Shown: positions 23,214-35,678 of the stretch, piece after piece | How the letters are laid out: each line of letters begins with the position of its first letter | Numbering within the stretch: position 1 is the stretch's first letter | Source of the DNA: an uncultured Planctomycetota bacterium | GTDB taxonomy: Bacteria; Planctomycetota; Planctomycetia; Isosphaerales; Isosphaeraceae | DNA: 64,000 bases | Assembly (NCBI GenBank): GCA_963756475.1 | Contig: CAVWND010000012.1 | Coordinates: 17,777 to 81,776, forward strand | Reading direction: 5' to 3' | Notes under the pieces: generated by a model | Seen by the model: the letters and a program-made list of their open reading frames with translations, nothing else | Databases searched by the model: none | Told to the model about the DNA's origin: nothing | Made by a program: the position numbers and the translations under genes

Positions 23214-24908
23214 TCAGTTTGACCACTCAACCGGCCAGCCGGCTGGTGGGCTCGGCGTCAACCGGCTCGTTTTCAAAGGGGGGCTCCATGAGCAGGACGG
23301 CGCGAGGCGGCTCGGCGTCGTGAATCCGGACCGAAGCTCGGGAGGCCGGGGCCGACTCGCGGGGCTGGACCGGCAGGCGGACCGAGAACGTCGCCCCTGC
23401 CCTTCGCCGGGGCTGGTCGCGTGGATCTCGCCGGCGTGCTGGCTGACGATCCGGTGCGTGATCGAGAGGCCCAGGCCGGTCCCCTTTCCGACCCTCCGCC
23501 TGGTGAAGAACGGCTCGAAGATGTTCTCCAGGACCTCCGCCGGCATCCCGCAGCCGTCGTCGGAGAAGACCATCTCGGCCATCCCCTCGGCGTGCCTGAG
23601 GTCGATCCTGAGCGTCCCGTTCTCGTCCATCGAGTCGAGCGCGTTGACCACCAGGTTGAGCACCACCTGCTTGATCTCCTGCGCATCGACGTGCGCCAGG
23701 ACGGCTTCACGCGGAATGAACGTGATCTTTTTATGACGATACTTGCCCATGTGGCGGATCATCTCGACGACGCCCTGGATCAGGCCGGCGAGGTCGGTCC
23801 GCTCGCGCTTGATCTCGCCGCACCGGGAGAAGTCGAGCAGCTTCTCGGTGATGCTCTTGCAGCGGAACGCCTCCTCCTGGACCATCCGGAGGTAGTTCTG
23901 GACGACCTTGGCGTCGCCAACGTCGCTGGCCGCGAGCATCGGCGCCAGGCGGCTCTCCAGCGCCTCGGAGCAGAAGGCGATCGAGGCGAGCGGGTTGTTG
24001 ATCTCGTGAGCCACGCCCGCGGCGAGGAAACCCACGCCGGCCAGTCGCTCGGAGCGAACGAGTTGCCGGCTCCGTTCCTGGACCTGGCGTTCCAGATCGG
24101 CGTAGGTCACGCGGAGCCTCGCGGTCATGTCGTTGAACGCCTCGGCCAGGGCCTGCATCTCGTCGCCGGTGTGCAGCTCGATCGCGTAGTCGAACGACCC
24201 CCGGGCCACGCGCCGGACGCCCCGTTGGAGGAGCCGGATCGGGTAGAGGACCCAGCGGTTGAAGAGCACGGCCAGGGCAATCAGCATCGCGAGCACCGCC
24301 AGCGCGGCGATCCAGACGATGACCCGGCCGGTCTCGTACTGCCGCCGCGAGTTCAGGGTGATCGAGTACATGTCGCCGTGAAGCTTGGTCGGGAACTGCA
24401 TGACCTGGTGGAAGACCCGGTCGATCCGCTTCGCGGTCGAGACGGGCCGGGCGACCTCGGGGTTCTGCTCGACCCAGATCGGCGTGCCAGGTAGCGCCGT
24501 CTGAGCTTTCTCGCTCGGGGTCGATCTCGTTGAGGATCGCCGCCAGGTCGTAGTCGATCCCGAAGGCCAGCCCGCGCTCGCTCATCGCCGTCGTCGACCC
24601 GGTTCCGGCGGATCGCGTTCTTCCTCAGCTCGTCAAAGTACGCCACGAGCGCCTTGCGGGCGTCGCGGGCGGCGACCTGCAGCGACCGCTTCTCCTCGGG
24701 CGAGCCGTCGCGGGGCGGCTTCGAGCCGCGCGACGTGCTTGATCATCTCCTTGGACGCACCGAGCTCGCGGAGCAGGTCGGTATGCATCAGGTTGCTGGC
24801 GTGGAACGCGCTCAGGCTGAAGATCGCGCCACCCATCAAGGTGAGCATCATCCCGACGACCAGACTGAGTCCGGCGATCAGTTTGACGCGGATCGGCCAC
24901 TTGGGCAT
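23214..24908 (-). CDS. HAMP-domain sensor histidine kinase (frameshifted)
   Basis: GDEMQALAEAFNDM, AGVAHEINNPL, NLVVNALD, DDGCGM, FEPFFT, GTGLGL. Confidence 0.93.
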
Positions 24909-25194
24909 GGTGCGACCTCCTGTCGCGATGTCCATCATCCTGATTGACGATTCGAGGGACCGGCGATTCGGCGGGACTATATCACACCCCGCCCAGCCTT
25001 CAAATGAGACTTCGCGCGGATTTCCTCAAGTTTGACCGGGGGATGCACCCACGGATTCCGACGCGCTCAAGACGGGCGGCCATCCTCACCTCGGGGTGAG
25101 CATGGCCGCCGACTTCACCGTCCCGTTAAAAACAAGGTCGCAATCGACCGCCCCGTGGGAATGACGCCGGCCCGTGTGGCCGGCGGGGACCGGG

Positions 25195-26136
25195 TCAGTA
25201 CTGGTCTGAGCTGATGACTTCCTTCCCCTGGGACGTCGACAGGGCGGACCAGATGACCGGGTTGATCGTGTTCTTGAAGAACTTGACCGAGCCGTCGCAC
25301 ATCGCCGCGTTCACGCCGCCGGCGTGATGGCTTCGGGAGGCCAAAGTCTGGGTCTGGGCGTTCGCGGAGACGACGCAACCCGGAATCCCGTTCAGGTTCT
25401 GCAAGGGCGGGCAGACGCGGTCGGCGGAGTCAAAGACCGGTGAGTTCGGGGTCGTCCAGGCCTCGAAGGCGTTGCCGCCCACCGCGACCGTGCTGTCGCC
25501 GATCGGGCCGCTCCAGCCGGCGCCCGTCGAGGCGATGACCTCGCCCACCATCAGGGTGTTGCTCGTCCCGTCGGCGATGTCCTTCAGGCCGTAGCAGGTC
25601 CCGCAGGTGAACGGAGCGGTGAGCCAGAGGGTGGTCCCGATGGTGAGACCGCCGTAATTGGTGTTGCCGTGGTTGGCCGCGTAATTGGCCCGTAGGCGGG
25701 ACCAGGTCACGTTAGTCCACTCGTCCTGGTAAACGCCGTCGGATGGGCAGGCGTAGGTCTTGATGGTGGTCATCCGGCCCGTCGAATTCTGGGCACCGCC
25801 GACCGATTGCAGGACGTTGTAAGAATTGTACAGCGTCGACTGTTCGATCTGGGGGAGGATCGCGGTGAGCCAGGTCCAGTCGTTGTTCCAGCCGGTCGCG
25901 GGGGCCACGCCCGGCCCGCCGACGAACGACCGGCAGCCGAAGGGCAGCGAGCCGATCACGTCGTGGTAGTTGTGCATCGCGATCCCCATCTGCTTCAGGT
26001 TGTTGACGCACTGCGACCGCCGGGCCGCCTCGCGCGCGGCCTGCACGGCCGGCAACAGCAGCGCGATCAGCACGGCGATGATGGCGATGACGACCAGCAA
26101 TTCGATCAGCGTGAATCCTCGACGCATTCTCGACAT
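25195..26136 (-). CDS. DUF1559 prepilin-type protein
   Basis: [47 protein letters not shown]. Confidence 0.96.
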   Translation of the reverse strand: MSRMRRGFTLIELLVVIAIIAVLIALLLPAVQAAREAARRSQCVNNLKQMGIAMHNYHDVIGSLPFGCRSFVGGPGVAPATGWNNDWTWLTAILPQIEQSTLYNSYNVLQSVGGAQNSTGRMTTIKTYACPSDGVYQDEWTNVTWSRLRANYAANHGNTNYGGLTIGTTLWLTAPFTCGTCYGLKDIADGTSNTLMVGEVIASTGAGWSGPIGDSTVAVGGNAFEAWTTPNSPVFDSADRVCPPLQNLNGIPGCVVSANAQTQTLASRSHHAGGVNAAMCDGSVKFFKNTINPVIWSALSTSQGKEVISSDQY

Positions 26137-26209
26137 GAGACGTCTCCCAGTAAAAGAAGATGGGACGGATGAAACCGCGGTTCGGATCGGACTCGCTCCG
26201 ATCTGCTCG

Positions 26210-26641
26210 TCATTTCGAGGTCATGGCGAAATCGACGTCGGACTTGTCTTCCTTGACCTCGATGGGAAAGCCGTTCTTGTACCGATCCGGGATCGTAAGC
26301 ACCTTCACGGGCTGATAGTCGGTGGTGATGGTTTCGGGCGACGGGGGCGGGGGCTGGGCGGCGAACAGCATCGCCGTCACCTTACCGAGCGGTACCCTGG
26401 GCGCGACGTAGCGACCCTGCAAGATCACCGCCTGCGTCACTCCTCCGGCCGATTTGTCCGAGGGCACGAACTGGATCGTCCCTTCCTCGATTGGCTTGCC
26501 GTCGACCGTCACCGCCCCCTCCAGCCTCACCGACGGGAACTTGGCCTGACCCGACGACTGGCCGCAACCCCAGGCCATGGTCAGCGACAAGGCGCCGACG
26601 CAAAAAAAAATGCAGGTCCGACAGACGCGACGATGAAACAT
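26210..26641 (-). CDS. Lipoprotein partner of DUF1559 (carboxypeptidase-regulatory-like fold)
   Basis: AWGC lipobox, [24 protein letters not shown]. Confidence 0.85.
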   Translation of the reverse strand: MFHRRVCRTCIFFCVGALSLTMAWGCGQSSGQAKFPSVRLEGAVTVDGKPIEEGTIQFVPSDKSAGGVTQAVILQGRYVAPRVPLGKVTAMLFAAQPPPPSPETITTDYQPVKVLTIPDRYKNGFPIEVKEDKSDVDFAMTSK

Positions 26642-26754
26642 TCCGATTCTCCTCCAGATGCGACAATGCGATGGAGCAACCCGGCCATTTCACTTCCAGG
26701 CTCAGGATGGATTCCGGGGTGGTGGCTTGAATTACCCGATCCGAAGACCCGATC

Positions 26755-26833
26755 TGGGTGCCACGGGTTGTCCTCAACCCGTGAGTCGGCGGGCGTTTGC
26801 GGAACACGGGTTGAGGACAACCCGTGGCACCCA
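26755..26833. repeat. REP-like palindrome
   Basis: TGGGTGCCACGGGTTGTCCTCAACCCGTG ... CACGGGTTGAGGACAACCCGTGGCACCCA, perfect 29-bp arms. Confidence 0.92.
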
Positions 26834-26928
26834 AGCCGCCCTATTCGGTCACCACCCCGGAATCCATCATGAGCCCACTTCCATTCCCCGCTCGCCACAG
26901 CGGGCCCTCGACCAACGATCGTCCCTCG

Positions 26929-26958
26929 ACCGATCGATCGATCGATCGATCGATCGGT
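26929..26958. repeat. (CGAT)6 microsatellite forming a perfect 30-bp palindrome
   Basis: ACCGATCGATCGATCGATCGATCGATCGGT. Confidence 0.95.
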
Positions 26959-27359
26959 GCGATCACCCGCAGGGAGGATGACCACACCGGGTACAGTCCT
27001 CCTTGGCACCAGAACCTTAAGTCCTGGCCCCCGTCGAGATCCCGTCCTGCGTCGGGCGGAGCACGACCCTCCAACTCCCGATCCCCGTGATAAGGTCGGG
27101 TCTACTGGCTCCTTGATGGTCGATGAGACGAGGGCCGATGTTCGAGGAATTCAATCCATCGATCGCTCATCGAACATACTGGATCCAGTTATCGGTGTTT
27201 ATCAGGCCCTCGCCGAGTCAACCCGGCGGGGTTATTAAGAAGTTGTTTGAGAGGGCTAATCTTTAAATATCAGGCCCTCCCGCGCGACGCAAGGAAGAAT
27301 CCGAATTAATTCGCTGAATTTCTCAGACCGGGGTGCGCCAACGGATTCTGGCATCTTCT

Positions 27360-27472
27360 GGCGGCCGGGGTTCCATCTTCGGGACGTCGGTGCGAGCGAG
27401 GGCCCTGGCCAGCTTGGGCTATTGGCATGAAAGCCAAGAACCAGGGTTCCGAAGTCGGAACCCCGGCCACCC
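27360..27472. repeat. REP-like palindrome (GGAACCCCGGCCACCC family)
   Basis: Matches 43790-43894. Confidence 0.8.
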
Positions 27473-27646
27473 GGCCGCCACCACGGCGCCGGCAAGTGGA
27501 AAATCCGCAGCCGGCTTGTGATGGCTCGTGATCACGCCCGTGGTGATCCGGCACTCCCGGTACTGGTGGTGTCAGGACCCGTCGGCGATACTGAGGCTGG
27601 GGAATGTGGAGCAGTGCCCGGACAGCCTCAAAGACGGGGTACTGAG

Positions 27647-30600
27647 ATGATCCAGGGGCCTTCGGACGACCCGGTAGACCTGACGCTCACCTATCTGTTC
27701 ATCGGCTCGGGAGAATCGGCCCTTCGCCCGGTCCCTATCCCGGAGGGCCGTGATCGATTGGACGTGGGGTTTGCGCCGGGGTCGTCCTCCAGGGACGTTA
27801 CATCCTGGAGCGAGAACTGGGCCAGGGGGGCATGGGCCGGGTCTATCTCGGCCGCGATACCCGACTCGACCGGCCCGTGGCGATCAAGGTGATCATCCCC
27901 GACAGTGCGGGCCGGCGGGGCGACGATACCGAGGGAAGCTTGCGGGAGCGGTTCGCCGACGAGGCCCGGCTCGGCGCCAACCTGGCCCACCCGGCCATCG
28001 CCACCGTCTTCGATTACGGCTTCCATGACGGACACCCCTTCACCGTCTTCGAATACATCCCGGGCGAGACGCTTCGCGACCTGCTCCGACGCCGCGGCCC
28101 GCTCCCGCTGGAGGAGGTCCGGCTGATCCTCGGCCCACTGGCCCAGGCGCTCGACTTCGCGCACGCCCGGCACATCGTCCACCGTGATCTCAAGCCGGAC
28201 AACATCCGGGCAACCGAGCAGGGCTTGTTCAAGATCCTCGACCTGGGGCTGGCGCGGGATTTCCTGCGCCACTCCGACTGGTCGGGGTTCGCCGGCACGC
28301 CCGCCTACGCCGCGCCGGAACAGGCCGCGGGCCTGCCCTGCGACGGCCGGGCCGATCAGTATGCCCTGGCCGTCATCGCCTTCGAGTTGCTGACCGGCGC
28401 CGGCCTTTCGAGGACCGCGACTGGGTCAGTCTGCTCGAGATGCACCGGCACGCCGAGCCGCCCTCACTCCGGACCCTCCGGCCCGACTCGCCCGCTGGGG
28501 TCTCCGAGGCGCTGGCCCACGCGCTGCGGAAGGACCAGAACTCCCGCCATCCCTCGTGCGAGGCGTTCGCCGTGGCGATGGGATGCCAGTTCCTCAGTAG
28601 CCCGGCCACCTCGGACGAGGTTCTCCTCGAAGGCGTTTCCGGGCTCGTGAACGGCCGGTTGGGCCAGATCGGCTTCCCCCTGGACCTCGTATTGGCCTGG
28701 CGCTCCCGACTGGTTCTGACCTCGGACACCCTGCTGGTCGCGATCCGCGGGGTCATCCTCCGCCTGCCGCTGTCGGCGATCGACGGCACCTCAAGCCGGG
28801 AGCGTGGCAGGCGGCTCCGGTTGGTGCTCCGGCCGTCGCCAGGCGATGCCGTCGGGTCGATCGGCTTCCGCTTCCATTCCCCTGAGGAGTGCCGGAGGTG
28901 GCGCGATCGGATTCAGGCCCTGCTCGATTCCGACCGCCTGAAGGTGCCCGAGACCGGCGGATCTCCCTCCCTCCGTCTGGTCGCTCTGCTCGACCAGCGC
29001 CCCGAATGCGCGATTCCAGGTCCTTGGCCGCGTCGAGGTGCAATCGGCTCGGTCCTCGGAGGCCAGGGTCTGGCTCCAACTCCGGGCGGCGGCGAGGGGC
29101 GCCCATGCCGTCACCGACGTCCGTGAGGAGAGGCTGGAGGGCTATAGTCGCACCGATCGGAGCCTCTCCGGCGTCGCGATCCGCGCCGTTCGACTCGGAG
29201 AGCGCGCTCGAACTGAACAGGCGGGGGCTGACGAGGAACATCTCGAGGGTGACCAACTGGTTGTTTCTGGTCATCTTGTGTTCCACTCTCGGGATCGTCG
29301 GCACCATCGCCTTCACCTTGACGACGATCCGGGTCGACTCGAAATGTCTCGCGGCCCGAGGGATCGGCGACGTCCTGCTCGGCGCAGGCACTCTGAGTTC
29401 CGGGAGATCGCCCTCGTCGTCCTGAGCATGAGCCTCCTTGCCTGGCCGCTCGGCCTGACGAGCCTGTTGCATCGTCTCCGTTGGCCGCAGATGTACCTCC
29501 CCGCTACCATCGCCGTCGGTGCCTACACCGGTAGTCAGATCGGCTTGTGGGCCGGCATGGCCTGGCATCTCTCGTGGGCCTGGTTCATCGGGATCGAGAG
29601 CCTCGCTATCGGTTTGTACTTCCTCCTCGCCCGGTGGGTTGACCTTCCCGTCCAGTTCAACCGCAACATGGCGAAGGGCTTCCCTGACGAGGCCCGACGG
29701 CATGGCCCTTCGGTCCGCCGGGCTGCCGGCCTACTTGCCGTGGTCATCTCGGCGATCTATGCGGTGGCGGCGACGGGAGGAATGGCGTGGGCCGGCTACC
29801 ACCTCGTCGTTGAAGACGAAGACTGGCGGGTCGCTGATGCCCATTTCCGGAACGCACAGGCCAAGCTGCCCAAGGACCACGGCGGTGCGGAGCAGGAATT
29901 ACGGAAGGCCCTGGCGCTCATGGATTCCCTGGCTAGGGACTGCCCCCACACGCCCACTCACAACGACGTGGCCTGGGCGAGGGTCGCCATTGCATACGAA
30001 TACCTGGCGTGGCTTCAGTGGAATCGAGGCCGTCTGGGCGAAGCCGAGCAGTCGCTACGAGCGGCCCTGGCGATCGACGAGAAACTGGTCTCCGAGCATC
30101 CCGACCGCCCCAATGATAATTATCGCCAGCAGATCGTACGGCACCGGAGCCAGTTGGACTGGATCGCCTACCCCTACTACAATCGCGGCCTGGCCTGGCA
30201 GGCCAAGGGGGACATCGACAAGGCGCTGGCCGACTACGAGGAGTCGATCCGGCTCGACCCGAAGCACGCCAACGCCTACATCGCTCGCGGCAACGTCTGG
30301 TGGGCCAAGGGGGATCACGCCAAGGCGCAGGCCGACTACGAGGAGTCGATCCGGCTCGACCCGAAGTCCGCCAACGCCTACATCGGCCGCGGCAACGCCT
30401 GGCAGTCCAAGGGGGATCTCGCCAAGGCGCAGGCCGACTACGAGGAGGCGATCCGGCTCGACCCGAAGCACGCCAACGCCTACATCGGTCGTGGGAACGT
30501 CTGGTGGGCCAAGGGGGATCACGCCGAGGCGCAGGCCGCCTTCGACGAGGCGATCCGGCTCGACCCGAAGTCCGCCGGTCGCGGTAACGCCTGGAAGTCC

Positions 30601-31084
30601 AAGGGGGATCACGCCAAGGCGCAGGCCGACTTCGAGGAGTCGATCCGGCTCGATCCGAAAAAAAACGCCATCGTCAACTACACTCGCGGCCGGGTCTGGC
30701 AGGCCAAGGGGGACATCGCCAGGGCGCAGGCCGGCTACGAGGAGGCGTTCCGGCTCGACCCGAAGCACGCCGGCGCCTTCAACAGTTTGGCGTGGATTCT
30801 TGCGGCCTGTCCCGACGCGAAGTCTCGGGATGGGAAACGGGCCGTCGAGTTGGCGACGAAGGCATGCGAACTCTCCTCCTGGGAAAATGCTGGGATTATC
30901 GATACCCTGGCCGCGGCCCACGCCGAGGTCGGCGATTTCGAGGCGGCGGTCCGACGCCAGGAAGAGGCGATCGGCCTGGCGACGGATGACTTGAAGGCTG
31001 ACTATTGCTCACGGCTCGAGCCTCTACCGGGAGAAAAAGGCTTATCGAGATCCCAGACTCACGCCCCGCCCCACGAAACCATGA
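27647..31084 (+). CDS. Membrane Ser/Thr kinase with C-terminal TPR repeats (several frameshifts)
   Basis: GGMGRVY, HRDLKPDN, DLG, GTPAYAAPE; TM segments; about 6 near-identical TPRs; NSLAWILAACPD..RDGKRAVELA. Confidence 0.85.
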
Positions 31085-31283
31085 AGTCGCCCGGGTCGCC
31101 CCGCGATCGATGTCCGACTTCACGATCGTTGACCTCTCGGCCGAGGCTCCTCTTCGGCTTGCTCCTGTCGGGTTGGCCGGGGACCATCGGTGGAGACGGC
31201 AAGACTTTCGGATCGATTTCGGAGGGAAATGCATCTCGTCAGGGAAGCCTGGGCGGCCTTTGCCATCCTCGGGAGCCTCGGTG

Positions 31284-31520
31284 ATGACGCTCGACCACGA
31301 ACGGATGGTCTATCAGTCGCATCGGATGGAACTGCTCGGCCCTGCCGGCGAGAATGAGGGGAAATTCACCGCGATCAAGGGCAACGAGATCGTCGGGCCG
31401 TTCGAAGGTTATGACTCAGCCCTCCAGGGGGCCTACGACTGCTTCGGGATCGGTGGGTTTCTCGTCAAGAAGATCGAGCGGGTCGAGACGGTCCTGGACT
31501 TAACCCGGGACCTGCGTTGA
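31284..31520 (+). CDS. DUF5678-like small protein
   Basis: EGKFTAIKGNEIVGPF..AYDCFG..FLVKKI, similar to 10315-10713. Confidence 0.7.
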   Translation: MTLDHERMVYQSHRMELLGPAGENEGKFTAIKGNEIVGPFEGYDSALQGAYDCFGIGGFLVKKIERVETVLDLTRDLR

Positions 31521-31545
31521 TGGGCCGGATCTTCGGCCTGAGTTC

Positions 31546-31638
31546 GTAGGGTAGGGCTTGCCCTGCCGATGATCGGGGTGGCTCGCGGGGCGACCTCCCG
31601 GCGGCCCCGAGGCTCCGGCAGGGCAAGCCCTACCCTAC
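31546..31638. repeat. GTAG-type REP palindrome
   Basis: GTAGGGTAGGGCTTGCCCTGCCG...CGGCAGGGCAAGCCCTACCCTAC. Confidence 0.92.
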
Positions 31639-31870
31639 AGGAAAAGTCGCCGACGGTTCTGGGGTCGGCGGGCCTGGTCGGGCGGGGCGCGGGCACGAGG
31701 CGATGAGATGTTCGGTCTCGCCCCTTGTCTTCTCGAAGCCCGGCGGAAAAACCCGGTTAAGGACGCGCCCGATCAGGCGATAATCATCAGATGTTCGGAG
31801 GTGATGCCCGCCGGGGATGGGCTTTCGGGAGGGCCCGATCGGGTCGGGACCTCGGAGGCCCGCTCCATCG

Positions 31871-32035
31871 ATTGGCTTTGAATTCGGGAAAGAGCAATGT
31901 TGTCGGGTTTGGATTCCAGAGGGAGTGGTGTGGTTGGGTTTGCATTTTCGGAGGTGGCGACGTTGGGTTTGGATTTCGAGACGATCGCGCCGTTGGGTTT
32001 GGATTTTCGGAGGTGTTGACATTGGGTTTGAATTC
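31871..32035. repeat. Six phased copies of RTTGGGTTTGVATTY, period 29-31 bp
   Basis: Starts at 31871, 31902, 31933, 31962, 31992, 32021. Confidence 0.85.
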
Positions 32036-32542
32036 GTCGGCGAGGTCTCGCGAGTCGGCGAAAGGGCCTTGAAGCCCGCCCCCACTATCGGCAAACTGAC
32101 TGTGCTGGTCCGGTGGCTTGGGAAATTTGGGCAATTTGCTGGGGGACTGACAGGAGACTGTCGATCCGGCTCCCAGTCCTCGTCCAGTATGGTTTGTCGT
32201 GCAAAGTGGATTTTAGTGGCCGGTTTTTCGCCGGTTTTGGTCGGTTTTGGCCCCTTTTCGGCGCGAAACCGGGCCGATTTCGCCCCGTTTCGGGGGTTTC
32301 GGGGGCGATTTCGGACAGCTTTGCCGTGCCAAGTGAGGGAGATCGGGAGCGGCCGGAGGAAATTGTTTGACTTTGCTTGAAATCCCCGCCACGCTTGCCT
32401 TAGACTCTTGGATGAGCGACCCCGCCGCGAGACTTTGACCGATCCCGAGAGACAGCCCAGCCCGGTGCGACCCCGCCGAGCCGCCCCTCGACACGGGGTG
32501 CGACCCTCCTACCGCCCTTTATCCCTCTCCGGAGGAGCAACG

Positions 32543-35018
32543 ATGCGCGTCCATCGACGGATCTCCTGGCTCATCCTCTCGGCGGCCTCGATTTTGGCCC
32601 CGGAGGCGCTGGCCGACGCGCCGGGCGACCCGATCGGATCGCCCGCGAAAGTGGTCATCGAGCCGGGGCATTCCACCCTGGTCGGCAAGCGGGCGACCCG
32701 GCAACTGATCGCCTCGGCGACCGACGCGGACGGGTCGATGCGGGACCTGACGCGGGCCCTGACCTGGACCAGCCTCGACCCGAATATCGCCACCGTTTCG
32801 GCCAAGGGGCAGGTCGTGCCGCACGCCAACGGTAAGGCGACGATCGTGGCCCGGGGGGGAGCGTCGAGGCTCAGGCGACGGTCGAGGTCTCGGGGATGGA
32901 CCAGGTCAAGCCGATCAGCTTCCGGAACGACGTGATCCCGTCGTTCAGCCAGGCCGGTTGCAACATGGGGGCCTGCCACGGCACGCCCACCGGCAAGGGG
33001 GGCTTCCGGCTCAGCCTCCGAGGCTACCTGCCCGACCAGGATTACATGACCCTGACCCGCGAGGCCGGCGGGCGGCGGATCAACGTCCTCGCGGCCGAGT
33101 CGAGCATCCTGCTCAAGCAAGCCGCTGGGCGAGGTCCCCCACGAAGGGGGGCTGCGGCTCTATCCGTAACTCCAAGTCCCACGAGTACATCCGCGACTGG
33201 ATGACCGAGGGGGCGAAGGACGACCCCGCCGCGCCGGCCGCCGTGAAGCTGGAGATCCTGCCGGGTGCCCGGGTCCTGAACGCTCCCGCGAAGTCCCAGC
33301 AGGTGGCCGTCGTGGCCCACTACGCCGACGGCAGCTCGCGCGACGTCACCCCGACCTGCTACTACAACTCGTCCAACCCCGAGATCGCCGAGGTCGACGC
33401 CGACGGGTTCGTCGGCTTCAAGAACCGGGGCGAGGTCGCGGTCATCGCCCATTACCTGGACCTCGTCGCCAACGTCCGGCTGACCTATCTGGTCGAGGTC
33501 CCCGGGTTCAAGGTCGCGGAGGTCCCGCAGGACAACACGATCGACCGGACGGTCTTCGCCAAGCTGAACCGGATGCGGATCAGCCCGTCCGAGACCTGCA
33601 CCGACGCCGAGTTCATCCGCCGGGCGTCGCTCGACGCGCTCGGCATCCTCCCGACGCCCGACGAGGTCCGCGCCTTCCTGGCCGACCCGGCCCCCGACCG
33701 CCGGGCGAAGCTGGTCGACCGGCTCCTGGCTCGCCCCGAGTTCGCCGACTTCTGGACCTTGAAGTTCGCCGACATCCTCCGGGCCAACGGCCGCCTGATC
33801 GAGACCAAGGGGACGCACGCCTTCAACCGCTGGATCAAGGCGAACCTGGAGCAGAACACGCCGATCGACCGGTTCGTCCGCGAGCTGCTCACGGCCAACG
33901 GCTCGACCCTCCGGAACCCGGCGGCGAACTATTACCGGATCAGCCGCGACCCCGAGAACGCGACCGAGACCACGGCGCAGCTCTTCCTGGGCGTCCGGAT
34001 CCAGTGCGCCAAGTGCCACAACCACCCGTTCGAGCGGTGGACGCAGGACGACTATTACGGGTTCGCCGCCTTCTTCTCCCGGATCAAGCAGAAGCCCGGC
34101 AGCCTGCCCGAGGACGAGGTGATCTTCGCGGACCAACGCGGGCGAGGTCCGCCAGCCCCGGACCGGCAAGACGATGAAGCCCAAGGCGCTCGGCGGCCCG
34201 GTCTTCGACGACTCCGGCTCGCCCGACCCGAACCGGCCCGACCGCCGCGAGTCGCTGGCCCGCTGGCTCACCGGCCCGGAGAACCCGTTCTTCGCCAAGA
34301 GCCTGGTCAACCGCGTCTGGTATCACCTGATGGGCCGGGGGATCGTCGAGCCGGTCGACGACTTCCGCGACTCCAACCCCGCCTCCAACGACGAGCTGCT
34401 CGACGGCCTGACCGCCGACTTCGTCAAGGGCGGGTTCGACCTCAAGGCGCTCGTCCGCTCGATCCTGGTCAGCCGGACCTACCAGCTTTCGGCGCCGGAC
34501 CAACGAGCTGAACGCCGACGACAACCTCTATTTCTCGCACGCCGCGACCAAGCTCTTGCCGGCCGAGGTGCTGCTCGACGCGATCTCGGTCGTGACCGCG
34601 CACGACCACGCCGTTCGACGGCCTGCCCAAGGGCGCCAGGGCCACGCAGATCCCCGACGGCAAGATGGACAACCCGTTCCTCAAGACCTTCGGCCGCCCC
34701 GCCCGCGAGCTGGCCTGCGAATGCGAGCGCGAGAGCGACTCGAACCTCTCGCAGGCCCTCCAGCTGATCGGCGGCGCCACGGTCAACGGCAAGCTCCGCG
34801 ACGACAACGGCCGGATGGCCAAGCTCGCCAAGGCCGGCAAGCTCGCCCGAGGAGATCGCCCGCGAGCTGTACCTCGTCGCCCTCGCCCGCGAGCCCAACG
34901 CCACCGGAGATGGCCGCCGCCGTCAAGCACCTCGACCGGCGCCGCCGACCGCCGCCAGGCCGTCGAGGACCTCGGCTGGGTCTTGATCAACTCCAAGGAG
35001 TTCCTGTTCCGGCATTGA
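32543..35018 (+). CDS. DUF1549/DUF1553 protein with Ig-like domains (frameshifted)
   Basis: SFRNDVIP..GCNMGACHG, DAEFIRR, IQCAKCHNHPF, VNRVWYHLMGRGIVEP, LINSKEFLFRH. Confidence 0.93.
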
Positions 35019-35065
35019 GCCGGGGCGGGCGGCTATCGGTCGTACTGCGCCGTAGCGAGGTTCCC

Positions 35066-35100
35066 GGATGGTGCGTCAAGTCCTCGAAGTCGCACCATCC
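35066..35100. repeat. REP half-element (GGTGCGTCxAGTCCTCGAAGxCGCACC family)
   Basis: Matches 35887-35945 and 44002-44108. Confidence 0.8.
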
Positions 35101-35163
35101 TGGTTCGCGATTCGGGAATGTCCTTGATCTTCGATACGGATCTTCGACAATTTCCTTGTCGAT

Positions 35164-35268
35164 GGGATTAGACGCCCGAAGGGGCGTGGTTAATCATGCC
35201 CTTTCGGGCGCCGAAGACGCCGATTCTCGGGATTAGACGCCCAGATAGGCGTCCATACAAGGTTAGGC
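35164..35268 (+). mobile_element. attI-like integron site with no intI nearby
   Basis: Direct repeats GGGATTAGACGCCC at 35164 and 35229, then CCATACAAG-GTTAGGC core immediately before the cassette ORF. Confidence 0.55.
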
Positions 35269-35276
35269 GGCTCACC

Positions 35277-35678
35277 GTGCTCACGATCCGGTGCGGTGGC
35301 AAACCCCCGGGAGTCGAACTGTCCGCCACCCCGGCAGAATTCGACCGGCTGTCTGACGCCATCGCCGACCTTGCTGCGTCGGATGCCGTCGAGGCCCTCG
35401 TCGAAGCCACCGTGTTCGCCCCTCAGCCCTACGAGCGTTGCCTCGCCGGCGTCCGCTTCGTCAAGGCGGCGGGCCGGCTGTCCGTCTCCGTCGCGGGTGC
35501 CTTGCTGTGCATCTCCGGCGATCCGGCGGCGCTGGTCCTCTTCGCTCGCAACCTCCCCGTAGAGTCGGCCCTGCCGGCCGGCTATCATGTCCACTTCGAG
35601 GCCAGCGGTCGCGAGGATGGGGTGTCGCCAGACTCAACGCCGCTCGTCCTCTGCGTGGCGGGCGACCCCGCCGCCTAA
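35277..35678 (+). CDS. Integron cassette ORF, Imm32-like immunity protein
   Basis: Starts 15 bp after the start of GTTAGGC; stop TAA lies inside R''; ISGDPAAL..FARNL..GYHVHFE..PLVL pattern. Confidence 0.7.
   Translation: MLTIRCGGKPPGVELSATPAEFDRLSDAIADLAASDAVEALVEATVFAPQPYERCLAGVRFVKAAGRLSVSVAGALLCISGDPAALVLFARNLPVESALPAGYHVHFEASGREDGVSPDSTPLVLCVAGDPAA

Noticed and set aside
31871-32035. CRISPR array
   Set aside because: 15-bp degenerate repeats and 14-16-bp spacers are too short, two spacers are related, and no cas genes are present.
32318-32335. Minus-strand TGGCACG as a sigma-54 promoter
   Set aside because: GG to GC spacing is 9 rather than 10 bp.
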